DNA of 64,000 bases from Felis catus. Its lineage: Eukaryota. The DNA lies in NCBI RefSeq assembly GCF_018350175.1, contig NC_058377.1, positions 57,536,001 to 57,600,000 of the forward strand, read 5' to 3'. A program made the position numbers and the translations under genes. The notes beneath the pieces are model-generated. The model was not told where the DNA came from, searched no databases, and saw only the letters and a program-made list of their open reading frames with translations. Below are positions 1-10,874 of this stretch, piece after piece. Each line of letters begins with the position of its first letter. The stretch's first letter is position 1.

Positions 1-68
1 TAGATGAAATAGACCAATTCCTTAAAAAACATAAACTACTATAATTCACCCATATGAAATAGATAATT

Positions 69-286
69 AAAAAAAATTTTTTTAACCTTTATTTATTTTT
101 TTGAGACAGAGAGAGACAGAGCATGAACGGGGGAGGGTCAGAGAGAGGGAGACACAGAATCCAAAGCAGTCTCCAGGCTCTGAGCTGTCAGCACAGAGCC
201 CGAAGCGGGGCTTGGACTCACAGACCGTGAGATCATGACCTGAACTGAAGTCGGACGCTCAACCAACTGAGCCACCCAGGCGCCCC
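69..286 (-). mobile_element. CAN-SINE (SINEC_Fc)
   Basis: tRNA-derived head, (CT)n tract and A tail; TSD TGAAATAGATAATT at 55-68 and 287-300. Confidence 0.95.
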
Positions 287-1196
287 TGAAATAGATAATT
301 TTAACAGACCTATAATTATTAATAAAATTGAATTTGTAATTTTAAAACTTCCCAAATCTCCGGACCCAGATGGTTTCACAGAGATTCTACCAAATGTTTA
401 AAAAAAGAATGAAGACAATCTACACAATCCCTTCCAGAAAACAGAAAAGGAAAAATACTTCACAATTCATTTTATGAATCTAGTATTACCCTAAACAAAA
501 CCAAAGAAGCACAAAAAGGGAAAACTTGAAACCAATATCTGTCATAAACTTAGATGCAAAAATCCTCAGCAAAATATTAGCAAACCAAATAGAATGATGT
601 ATAAAAAAAATTACTCACCATAACCAAGTGGGATTTATTCCAGCTATGCAAAGCTAGTCAACATCCAAAATTCAATCAATGATATCTACCACATTAACAG
701 GTTAAAGAAGAAAAAAGCCACAAGATAATGTATCATTGCAAAAAAAAAAAAAAGCTTTTAACAGGATTCAACACCCTTCATGATAAAAAATAAAATAAAA
801 ATAAAAAAAATAAACCTCTTAGGAAAACATGAATAGAGGGAAACTTCCTCAACTTAATAAAGACCATCTACAACAAGCCTACAACTAACCGTTTATTTAA
901 CAGTGAAAGATAAATGCTTTTCCCCCAAAACTGGAAAAAGGCAAGGAGATCTGTTCTTACTACTCTTATTCAAAGGCAAAACAAAGGCAAAACAAATCAA
1001 TTAAATGCATACCCATCAGAAAGGAAGAATATAGAACTGTCTATTTGCAGATGACAAAATTATCTACTTATCTACATAGAAAATCCTAAAGAATCTACCT
1101 ACAATTCCTAGGGTTAATAAGTGAGTCCAGCAAGGTATCTTGCAGGATGCAAAATAAACATACAAAACTCAATTGCATTTCTATATATTTGCAATG

Positions 1197-1361
1197 NNNN
1201 NNNNNNNNNNNNNNNNNNNNNNNNNNNNNNNNNNNNNNNNNNNNNNNNNNNNNNNNNNNNNNNNNNNNNNNNNNNNNNNNNNNNNNNNNNNNNNNNNNNN
1301 NNNNNNNNNNNNNNNNNNNNNNNNNNNNNNNNNNNNNNNNNNNNNNNNNNNNNNNNNNNNN
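1197..1361. other. Assembly gap (others at 2413-2556, 45680-45811, 50190-50360)
   Basis: Runs of N; all four fall inside L1, SINE or Tigger repeats. Confidence 0.99.
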
Positions 1362-1587
1362 CATTCATAGACTGGAAGACCCAATATAGCAAATATGGCA
1401 ATTCTTCCTGAATTGATATACACGTTCAATGCAATTCCATCAAGATTTTTCAGATATATACAAGGTTATTCTAAAGTTTATATGGAAATGCAAAAAACTA
1501 AAACAATTTAGAATAACTAAAACAATTTTGGAAAAAAGAAGAATAAAGTGGGAGGAATGAGAATATTTGATTTTAAAACTTATTATA

Positions 1588-1821
1588 GGGGCGCCTGGGT
1601 GGCGCAGTCGGTTAAGCGTCCGACTTCAGCCAGGTCACGATCTCGCGGTCTGTGGGTTCGAGCCCCGCGTCGGGCTCTGGGCTGACAGCTCAGAGCCTGG
1701 ACCCTGTTTCCGATTCTGTGTCTCCCTCTCTCTCTGCCCCTCCCCCGTTCATGCTCTGTCTCTCTCTGTCCCAAAAATAAACGTTGAAAAAAAAAATTTT
1801 TTTTAATAAAAAAAAATAAAA
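1588..1821 (+). mobile_element. CAN-SINE (young SINEC_Fc variant)
   Basis: Head GGGGCGCCTGGGTGGCGCAGTCGGTTAAGCG...; TSD AAAACTTATTATA at 1575-1587 and 1822-1834. Confidence 0.95.
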
Positions 1822-1963
1822 AAAACTTATTATATAGTTACAGCAATCAATAATATATGGTATTGGTGTGGGAAAAGACACATAGTTCAATTAGTGTGGG
1901 GATCAGTCATAGAATCCTGAAATCAGCCCATACAAATGTGCCCAACTCTTTTTTGTGGGTTTT

Positions 1964-2067
1964 GTTTTGTTTTGTTTTGGGTTTTTTTGCAATCTCTACA
2001 CCCAATGTGGGGCTCAAATTCATGACCCCAAGATCATGCTCTTCCAACTGAGCCAGCCAGGCGCCCC
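1964..2067 (-). mobile_element. Short old CAN-SINE
   Basis: Ends ...CTGAGCCAGCCAGGCGCCCC; flanked on both sides by TGTGGGTTTT. Confidence 0.75.
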
Positions 2068-2144
2068 TGTGGGTTTTTTTTTTTTTTTTAACATAAAACA
2101 GTCTTTAGTATAATGACTGAAATAAACAAAACATGATTAAAATA

Positions 2145-3740
2145 ATTTTTAAATTATTTATTTTTTAAATTCCACTATAGTTAACATAGAGTGTTATAGT
2201 AGTTTCAGATGTAAAATATAGTGATTCAACAATTCTATGCAATACTTGGTGCTCTTAGTCCCCTTGACCTTATTTCACACATCCTCCACCCCCAGCCCCA
2301 CCTCCCTTCTGGTAACTATCAGTTTGTTCTCTATAGTTACAAGCCTGCTTTTTGGTTTGTCTCTTTTTTTCCTCATTCATTTCTTCACTCATTCACTCCA
2401 CATATGAGTGAANNNNNNNNNNNNNNNNNNNNNNNNNNNNNNNNNNNNNNNNNNNNNNNNNNNNNNNNNNNNNNNNNNNNNNNNNNNNNNNNNNNNNNNN
2501 NNNNNNNNNNNNNNNNNNNNNNNNNNNNNNNNNNNNNNNNNNNNNNNNNNNNNNNNTCTTTGTCCATTCATCAATCAATGGACATCTGGGTTGCTTACAT
2601 ATCTTGGTTATTGTAAATTATGCTGTGATGAACGTAGGGGGGCATATATCTTTTCAAATTAGTATTTTCATTTTCTTTGGGTAAATACCAAGTAGTGGAA
2701 TTACTGGACCATATGGCAATTTTATTCTTAATTTTTTGATGAAACTCCATACTATTTTCCACAGTGGCTGCACCTGTTTGCATTCCCACCAACAGTGCAT
2801 GAGGGTTCCTTTTTCTTCACATCCTCACCAACACTTGTTGTTTCTTGTTTTTGATTTTAGACATTCTGACAGGTGTGAGGTGATACCTCATTGTTGTTTT
2901 GATTTGCACTTCCCTGCTGATGAGTGATATTGAGAATGTTTTCATGTGTGTGATGGCCATCTGGATGTGTCCTTTGGAAAAACTTCTGTTCATGTCGTCT
3001 GCCCACATTTAATTGGATTATTTGTGTTTTTTTTGGTGTTGAGTTGTATTAGTTCCTTATATATTTTGGATATTTACCCCTTATTAGATATATAATTTGC
3101 AATTATCTTCTCCCATTCAGTGGGTTGTCTTTTTGTTTTGTTGGTGGTTTCCTTCACTTTGCAGAAGCTTTTTATTTTGGTGTGGTCCCAATAGTTTATT
3201 TTCACTTTGGTTTCCCTTTCCAAAGGAGACATGTCTAGAAAAATGTTTCTACAGCTGATATCAAAGAGATTACTGTGTATTTTTTCTTCTAGGAATTTTA
3301 TGCTTTCAGGTCTCACATTTATGTCTTAAATATATTTTATTTTTGTGTATAGTGTAAGAAAGTGGTCCGGTTTCATTCTTTTGCATGTAAATGTCCGGTT
3401 TTCCCAATACCATCTGTTGAAGAAATTATCTTTTTCCCATTGCATATTCTTGCCTCCTTTGTCATAGATTAATTGACTATATAACCAAGGGTTTACTTCT
3501 GGGTTTCCAATTCTGTTCTGTTGATCCATGTGTCTAATTTTTTGTTTTTTTGCCATTACCATACTGTTTTGACTACTACAGCTTTGTAGTATATCTTGAA
3601 ATCTGGGATTGTGGTACCTCCAGTTTTTTTTTCTTTTTCAAGATTGTTTTGGCTATTTTGGCTTTTGTGGTTTCAAACAAATTTTAGTATTATTTGTTCT
3701 AGTTCTGTGAAAAATGTTATTGGTATTTGATAGGGATTTA
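2145..3740 (-). mobile_element. 5'-truncated carnivore-type L1 (ORF2 C-terminus plus 3' UTR) nested antisense in the older L1
   Basis: Minus-strand ORFs give ORF2 remnants (KIKSFCKVKETTNKTKRQPTEWEKIIANYISNKG; [15 protein letters not shown]). A-rich tail at ~2145-2170. Confidence 0.88.
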
Positions 3741-4483
3741 TGCCAACTGGTTTTTGACAAAGATGTAAGAGCAATAAATGTTGGAAACAGCCCTTTGAAC
3801 AAATGGTGCTGGAGCCTGGAATATCCATAGGCAAAACAAAATTTAAAAATAATGACCAAAGTTTCAAAACTTAGGAAAAACACAGGAGAAGGTGATCAGG
3901 ATCTAGAGGTAGGCAAAGATTAGACCAAAACCACAATCCATGAAGTGAAAAGTAGATAAATTGGACCTCATCACAATTACAACCATTTGCTCTTCAAAAG
4001 ACCTTATTAAGAGGATGAAAATATAAGCCATAGAGTGGGAGAAGCTATTTACAAACCATTTACAAATCAAAAAGGACTAGTATTTAGAATATATAAAGAA
4101 TTCTAAAAACTGAACAGTAAAAAAACACAATTAGGAAATAGGCAAAATACATGAACAGACATTTCATTGAAGAGGATATTCAAGTTGAAAATAAACACAT
4201 GTAAAGATGTTCATCATTAGCCATTAAGGAAATACAAATTAAAGTCACAAAAAAATACCACTATACACCCATCAGAATGTTTAAAATAAAAATAGTGACA
4301 ATGTCAAATGCTGGCAAGGATACAGAGAAATTAGATCACTCACAGATATATTGCTGGTGGGAATGTAAAATGGAACAACTAGTCTGGAAAGAAGTTTGGC
4401 AGTTTTTTGAAAAACTAAACATGCAAGTACATATGACAGCAATTTTACTCCTAGCCATTTATTCCAGATAAATGAAAACTTAT

Positions 4484-4485
<2 letters not shown>

Positions 4486-4523
<38 letters not shown>
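4486..4523. repeat. (AC)19 microsatellite
   Basis: Perfect dinucleotide run within L1. Confidence 0.95.
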
Positions 4524-4525
<2 letters not shown>

Positions 4526-5711
4526 GTACACAAATGTTTGTAGCAGTTTTATTCAGAATATCTGAAAACTGGAAATAACCTAGCCATTCTTCAACAGGGG
4601 AATGGATAAACAAATTGTGGTACATCCCTACCATGATATAATACTCATCAATAAAAGAAACGAACTATTGTTACATGCAACAACAATCAGAAAATTATGC
4701 TGAGAAAAAAAAGAGGAAATTCCAAAAATTTATACATTGTATCATTCCATTTATATAACACAGATTTGTGTTTCACAGGAGTTAAATAGTGCAGATAAAA
4801 AAGCAGATCATGAGGGATCCTTGTGGTGATGGAAATATTCTATATCCTGACTGTTCAATGTCAATAACCTAATTATGACATTGGCAAGGCATTACCATTG
4901 GGTAAAGGGTCCACAAGATCTCTCTGTATTACTCCTCACAACTGCATGTGAGTCTACAATTTTCTTAAAATAAAAAATTAAATATATATAAAAATATTAC
5001 CTTTGTGGTTTCTCTCTTGTCTGAACCCCAATTGATGCAATTCATCACACTGGGGAATTTCTCTTCTCTTCCTAGTTCACTCCAGTTTGCTGGGAGTTTT
5101 AGTCAGGGTATATGTTGATTTTTGCCAACTGCTTTTTTTGCATCTACTGAAAACAATTATATAGTTTTTCTCTTTTATGGTGAATTATACTGATTTTATA
5201 ACGTTAAACCAACCTTGCATTCCTGGGACACATTACTTTATCATGATGTAATAATCCCTTTATACATTGCTGGATTCAATTTGCTAATATTTGCTTGGGA
5301 TTTTAATGTCCATATTAGGAAATGTCTTTCAGATACCTAAGGGAGCAATGTTATTAGTTTCTAAAATTAAAAAGATACCTGGGAAAAAATAGTAAAATAT
5401 TAAAATTACACAAGGCTGGAGGGTGGTAAACAATAATTTGTTACATTATTGTCTACACTTTCCTGCTTTCTTATTTTTGTTTGTTTGTTTTTTTTCTTTT
5501 CTATTGAACAGTCCTTGGCTGCAGCTTGTAAGATAGATTCAGATGATAGATTGAGGACATAAAAACTGGGTTCTTTATGCTATTAGGAATGCAGGGACGG
5601 GATAGCCTTATGAATCCTGTTTATCTAGCAATGGGCCTAACAGCACATAGTTGCTACTCAGTAAAAGTTTATTGAAGGAGTCCAAGTTTATTTAAATGGC
5701 AATCCAATACA

Positions 5712-5769
5712 GGGGCATCTGGGTGGCTTAATTGGTTCAGCATCCGACTTCACTCAGGTCATGATCTCA

Positions 5770-5800
<31 letters not shown>

Positions 5801-6174
5801 AGTGTTTATTTATTTTTGAGAGAGAGAGAAAGAGTATGAGCAGGGGAGGGGCAGAGAGAGAGGGATACACGGAACCCGAAACAGGCTCCAGGCTCTGAGC
5901 TGTCAGCACAGAGCCTGATGCGGGGCTTGAACTCACGAACCATAAGATCATGGACTGAGCTGCAATCGGACACTTAACCGACTGAGCCACCCAGGCTCTC
6001 CATGATCTCACAGTTCTTCAGTTCAAGTGCCGTGTCGGGCTCTGAGCTGACAGCTCAGAGCCTGGAGCCTGCTTCGGATTCTGTGTCTCCCTCTCTCTCT
6101 CTGCCCCTCACCCGCTCATGCTCTCTCTCTCTCAAAAATAAACATTTTAAAAAAATAATAAATAAAATAAATAA
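5712..6174 (+). mobile_element. CAN-SINE (outer element, interrupted at 5778-6000)
   Basis: Head 5712-5777, body resumes at 6019; TSD CAATCCAATACA at 5700-5711 and 6175-6186. Confidence 0.92.
5778..6000 (-). mobile_element. CAN-SINE nested antisense inside another CAN-SINE
   Basis: TSD CATGATCTCACAGTTCTT at 5760-5777 and 6001-6018. Confidence 0.95.
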
Positions 6175-6189
6175 CAATCCAATACAACA

Positions 6190-6610
6190 TAATGGATGCT
6201 GTGGTCCAGACCCACTCTCAGGATCTAGCCAGTCATTTCCTCAGCTTCTGGAAGTAGGCTGCTTATGGTTCATAATTCTTCTCTGGGAATTGCCTTCCAC
6301 AGAAGGAATGAAACTTGCCAAAAGTTACAGATAGCCTCTATCACTGGTCAATGATAGGATATAAACTACTGGCCCCTGTTCTTTAATTTGGAACAACTCT
6401 TAAAGGTCATCCTAGGCTCAGAGTATTTTTTGAGGTTGGCTGAGGCCTCTAAAGCGATTGTTTCAGTTTTTCTCCCTCTGCTATCCTGCTTCCATCACTC
6501 TCTCGCAGGCGGGGTCTTGACAGTAATCCCCACCTCCTCCCCGCCATAAAATTTCTGCACGTTCACCTGCTTTTCAGAGTCTCTTCATCGGGCATCTCCA
6601 CCCAGGACAC
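6190..6610 (+). mobile_element. ERVL-type solo LTR (LTR16C-like)
   Basis: Colinear with the LTR16 consensus as recalled (GGATGCTGTGG...GGGAATTGCC...TATAAA...ACAACTCT...GGCTGAGGCCT...TTCTCCCTCTG...GACA). Confidence 0.7.
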
Positions 6611-6879
6611 ACACTAGCCTATTTTATATTTTTTTCCTAGCACTTATCAATGTGTGAAATAACCTTGTTTATTCGATGCTTTAATACTTGCTTATTTAAG
6701 ACTGTAAATCAGGCAACTCCACCCAGGACAGACTTTTTTCCCCATACACTGTGCACCACTGTATCAGGCGCCTAGAGCAGGGCCTACAGAACACAAGCAG
6801 ACCCTAAATACTGGTTGTTGAAATAAATGAATGGAAGAAACACACCTGATGCTGGGTCTTGGGCTCACAATCTCTCTAG

Positions 6880-7600
6880 AGCTAGCGGAGCGGCAGCCGG
6901 GGAGGGGCCCCGAGTCCCCGCCCCTCCTGGCACGCCCCCCCCTTCCCCGCCCGCCGGCCTAGACAGGGGGCGGGACCTCGCAGAAGGAGCCGCTGACGCG
7001 ATGTTGCAGCCCGTGGTACGGCTGGTGCGGCTAAATCGGCTGCCCTACGCCGAGCTGCTGGCCCTGCAGGAGCGCTGGTTGCGACGGCTGCAGGCCGAAC
7101 CAGGCAGTGAGGCCCTGTCGGCGGCTGAGGCGGGCGCGCTCCTGCTCTGCGAGCCCGCGGGGCCCGTATACACATCTGGGCTGCGTGGCGGCCTGACTCC
7201 GGAGGAAACGGCGCGGCTGCGGGCCTTGGGCGCCGAGGTACGCGCCACAGGCCGCGGTGGCCTGGCCACTTTCCATGGGCCGGGCCAGCTGCTCTGCCAC
7301 TCGGTGCTAGATCTGCGACGCCTGGGCCTGCGCCTGCGCACCCACGTGGCTGCGCTGGAGTCGTGCGCGGTGCGCGTGTGCGAGCTCCTGGGCTTGCATG
7401 GAGCCCGCGCGCGGCCCCCACCCTACACCGGCGTCTGGCTGGGGGAGCGCAAAGTCTGCGCGATCGGTTAGTGCTATGGGCTAGGGCGGGGCTGGGGGCG
7501 GGGCTTGGCAGAACTGGGCCAATGGAGGTGAGGGCAAGCGCGGGCTGGGAGGAAGTGGATCTGGCGCGGGCTTTAATAAATCAAAATTGCCCGCTGCGTT
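6880..7600. promoter_or_regulatory. LIPT2 CpG-island promoter with Sp1-type GC boxes
   Basis: Sharp rise in GC and CpG content. CCCCGCCCC at 6916-6924, CCCCGCCC at 6945-6952, GGGCGGG at 6968-6974, all just upstream of the ATG. No proximal TATA box. Confidence 0.85.
7001..7466 (+). CDS. LIPT2: Lipoyl(octanoyl)transferase 2, coding exon 1 (aa 1-155 plus first base of Gly156)
   Basis: ATG at 7001 gives [11 protein letters not shown]...; LipB-family motifs PVYTx[18 protein letters not shown] and RKVCAIG. Phase-1 donor ATCG|GTTAGT at 7466/7467. Lies in a CpG island. Confidence 0.97.
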
Positions 7601-8002
7601 TGAGTTTTTAAGCCTTCTCACGGATCTCATTTTCGCAGCTCTCAGGAGGGCCTTCAATGGTCATTTCCAATATTCATCTTTTTGAGAAGTGAATTGCCAT
7701 GTTACTTCCAATGAATCACAATGTCTGGACAATAATGAAGCTTAGTAGTTTTCAAACTTTTTTTTTAAACAACTTACTCTGTTAAAAGACATTTTCTGGA
7801 ATTTCCATAATTGCAGCAGCTGTGGAGCCACACACTCCTCTCCAGCTTTGTCCCCCTCCCCCGATCTGTGCACAACCCCTTGAATGCTCAAAAACAAAGC
7901 TGGAAAACCAGTGATCCAGTCCAGTTCCTTCATTGTACCGAGGGGGACCTTGAAACCCAGGGAGGAAAGATCTACTCTGAGACCCTTTGGCTTGTCTTGC
8001 AG

Positions 8003-8232
8003 GAGTCCGCTGTGGAAGGCACATCACGTCCCACGGCCTGGCTCTGAACTGTTGTACAGACCTCGTGTGGTTTGAGCACATCGTCCCCTGCGGGCTGGTT
8101 GGGACAGGCGTCACCTCTCTGAGTGAGGAACTCCAAAGGCACGTCAATGTGGATGAAGTAATACCACCTTTCCTTGAGGCCTTTAGGGAGACCTACAAAT
8201 GCACATTTATCTCAGAGGACAGCCCCAACTAA
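8003..8232 (+). CDS. LIPT2: Lipoyl(octanoyl)transferase 2, coding exon 2 (to TAA at 8230-8232)
   Basis: Acceptor CTTGTCTTGCAG|GA rejoins G+GA=Gly and continues [15 protein letters not shown]...HIVPCGL (catalytic Cys codon 8089-8091)...EDSPN*. Spliced CDS is 466+230=696 nt = 231 aa, the length of human LIPT2. Intron 7467-8002 is GT-AG, 536 bp. Confidence 0.97.
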
Positions 8233-8899
8233 AGGATGTTCATGTTATCACAGCTGGGAGGTTGTGCTTGAAAAGCACCAAGCCTGACTTGGAGTCACTG
8301 AAACCCAGATTCTAGACCTGGCCCTGTCATTCATTCACCATGAGACTATGAACAAATTATGAGCCCTTAGCATTGTTTCCATATGTGTACTGGTTTATTT
8401 ATATCTTCTCATCTACCTCAGATATAGTAGATTTGAAAACATTCTGAAAAGCAACACATGCTATATAAATGTAAGACATTAGTACTGCTATTGACACCAT
8501 TTTCTCAGCTTAGAGAAACTCAGATGTAATCAGTTCTCAAATATTTATTGCTTCCTAAATAGTGTATTTAATTGGACAATTCTGAGATCCAGTTCCTTTG
8601 ACTTTATAGGAATCATACCTCTGGATAGCCCAGGTGAAGGTAATGTGGTGGGGTGCTTTTTCATTCTCAAGAGATCTAGGTGCTTTCTGCAATGGAAGGA
8701 AAAAAGGGAAGGGATCTTTAAAGAACAAAATGAGATTTTGCCTTCCTGGGTTGGATTCTCCAAGCCCAATAGCTATTTTTAGTTAGGTAACCTGAGCTAG
8801 ACCAGAGCCAGGGAAAAGACCAGAGGAATATCTTACATTATACAAATGTCAAAGGTAGAAGTAAGTTTTCCTTAAGTGAGATCCGTAAATTTATAAAGC

Positions 8900-9385
8900 T
8901 GTGTAATTATTCATTGCTATGCAACAAATCACCCCAAAATGTAATGGCTTAAAACAATAAACATTGTCTCATATATATTCTGTGGGTCAGGAATTTGGGA
9001 GAAGCTTAGCTGGGTGGTTCTGGGTGGAGATCTCTTATGAGGTATAGTCAAGATGTGAGCTGGGGCAGCCATCATCTGAAGGCTTGACTGGGATTGGAGG
9101 ATCACTTTCAAAGATGGTTCACTCTGATTCGTTGGTACTGGTTGTTGACAGGGGGCCTGGGTTCTTCACCATGTGAGCCTCCCCATAGAGCTGCTTTTTC
9201 TCCTGGAGCAAGTGACGCCTGAAAGAGACAAGGTGGAAGCCAAAATGTCTTACGACCCAGCCTTGGAAGTTACAGAGTCATTTCTACAGTCTCCTAATAC
9301 GGGAACCCTACTCAGTGTGGAAGGGACTGCACAGGGTGATGGGAAGTAAAGATCTTTAGGACTACCTTAGAGACTGGCTACCACA
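8900..9385 (-). mobile_element. MaLR LTR (MLT1 family)
   Basis: ACAAATCACCCCAAAATGTAATGGCTTAAAACAA...TTCTGTGGGTCAGGAATT...TGGCTACCACA is the typical antisense MLT1 pattern. Confidence 0.8.
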
Positions 9386-9485
9386 GGCAGTTAGGGTGGA
9401 AAGATCCTTGAATGAGAAGACAGGTGATCCAGGTTGCTTTTTGAGCAAGTCGTTTACCCTCTCTGCACTTCAGTTTGCCCTACAC

Positions 9486-9772
9486 AAGCACTATTCAACA
9501 GAAATACAACGTGAGCCACATTGTAATTTTATGTTTTCTAGTAGCCACATTAAAAAGGCAAAACAAACAGGTGACATTAATAATACTTTAATTAACATAA
9601 TAGACCCCAGATATTGTCAGTATAAAAATGTTTTACATTCCTTTTCTCCATACTATATCCAGATATTCAATGTGTATTTTCCGCTTTATAGCACATCTCA
9701 TTTTGGAGTCATCACACTTTGGCTCTTCAGTAGTCACACGTGGCTAGAGGCTACCACACGGTAAAGTTCAGC
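9486..9772. mobile_element. hAT-Charlie fossil (MER33/MER3-like)
   Basis: GTGAGCCACAT...TTTTCTAGTAGCCACATTAAAAA...CACGTGGCTAGAGGCTACC motifs. Confidence 0.7.
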
Positions 9773-10633
9773 TTTAGGTAATATGGTATCTAAAGTCCTT
9801 TTTTGAGCTTCCAGTATCCTGTGGCCCCACTGCCTTGGAGAAGAAAGAGGAGTTCTCCCACTTCTGGGGCACACAGTTTATATCAGTTATTAAAGCTGGA
9901 AGAGAATTTGGAGGTATGTTCCTGTCTCCTCATTGTACAGAGATGAAACCAAGACTTTGGAAAAAACTTGCTCAAGACCACACAGTAAGTTAATCACAAA
10001 GCTAGGACTGGGTCCCAAATATAAGCCCATTTCTCATGCTCTTTTCCTGCTCTGCATACTGACTTAGAGCTCAGGGTAATATGCTTTCCGTCATGGACAC
10101 TTGGTCAGTATTCGTGGATTGCTAGTTTGTCCACCCGTCATTAACCTATATTCTTTCTAGGCCTTTTATTTCCCTCCATGGAGCCAACAGTACTGTTGTA
10201 GGAATGTGGGAGGTGAGTGGTAGTTGATAATTACTTTGTAGTATTACTGCCAAGAAGGAAAACAATTATTCCCGGGAAAAGTGGAGTTAGGTTCTCATGG
10301 TTGGAAGGCTGTGCATAGTGTTGCTCCCCATCTAGTACTCGACTCCCCTCTCTAGCAACCCTAGCAACTGACCATAAAGCCTGATCTTGAATACCTCCAG
10401 AGACTGGTAAAGAAACATTCACTCCATTTATTTTTGGTACCAGGTACTGTGTTAGCCCTCTTAATTACATTCTCTCATTTAGCAACTGGATCACTGGGAA
10501 TCGTTCTGCATGGTGTAGTGACTGAGTTACCTGGCCTTCCTGAGCCTCTGTTTCATTAGGCTCAAGGCTTGGCACAGAATAGGCAGCGGGAAATGTATGG
10601 TAGTTATTAATGTTCACCAAATATTTCAGGCAG

Positions 10634-10861
10634 GGGGCACCTGGGTGACTCAGTCGGTTGAGCATCCGACTTCAGCTCAGGTCATGATCTCACAGCTTGT
10701 GGGTTCGAGCCCTGCATTGGGCTCTGTGCTGACAGCTCAGAGCCTGGAGCCTGCTTCAGATTCTGTGTCTCCCTCTCTGTCTCCCCCTAACCCACTCGCA
10801 TTCTGTCTCTGTCTCTCTCAAAAAAAAAAAAATAAACATTAAAAAAATTTTTTTTAAAAAC
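10634..10861 (+). mobile_element. CAN-SINE
   Basis: Full-length; TSD ATTTCAGGCAG at 10623-10633 and 10862-10872. Confidence 0.93.
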
Positions 10862-10874
10862 ATTTCAGGCAGGA

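Larger units (their letters stand above)
1..4980 (+). mobile_element. Old degraded L1 (L1M-type ORF2 plus 3' UTR), interrupted by SINEs, an antisense L1 and a gap
   Basis: ORF2-like sequence (GATGCAAAAATCCTCAGCAAAATATTAGCAAACC, CTATTTGCAGATGAC, AACAAATGGTGCTGG) with many stops. Resumes at ~3745 after the nested insertion. Confidence 0.85.

Noticed and set aside
1588-1670. tRNA-like A and B boxes (GGTTCGAGCCCC)
   Set aside because: These are tRNA-derived SINE heads followed by (CT)n and an A tail, not tRNA genes.
1567-1890. Recurrent peptides such as GAWVAQSVKRPTSAQVMIS... and RERQSMNGGGAEREGDTESETGSRL across the window
   Set aside because: Translations of CAN-SINE copies, not a gene family.
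1095-2662. ORFs containing long X runs (also near 45490-46024 and 50141-50530)
   Set aside because: Artefacts of translating through N gaps.
6882-7421. 179-aa antisense ORF and other overlapping ORFs on LIPT2 exon 1
   Set aside because: Low-complexity Ala/Arg/Pro/Gly shadow frames expected in stop-poor GC-rich DNA; no recognisable domain.
8956-8961. AATAAA as the LIPT2 poly(A) signal
   Set aside because: It is the first hexamer I see after the stop, but it lies in an antisense MLT1 LTR and cannot be assigned without 3'-end data.
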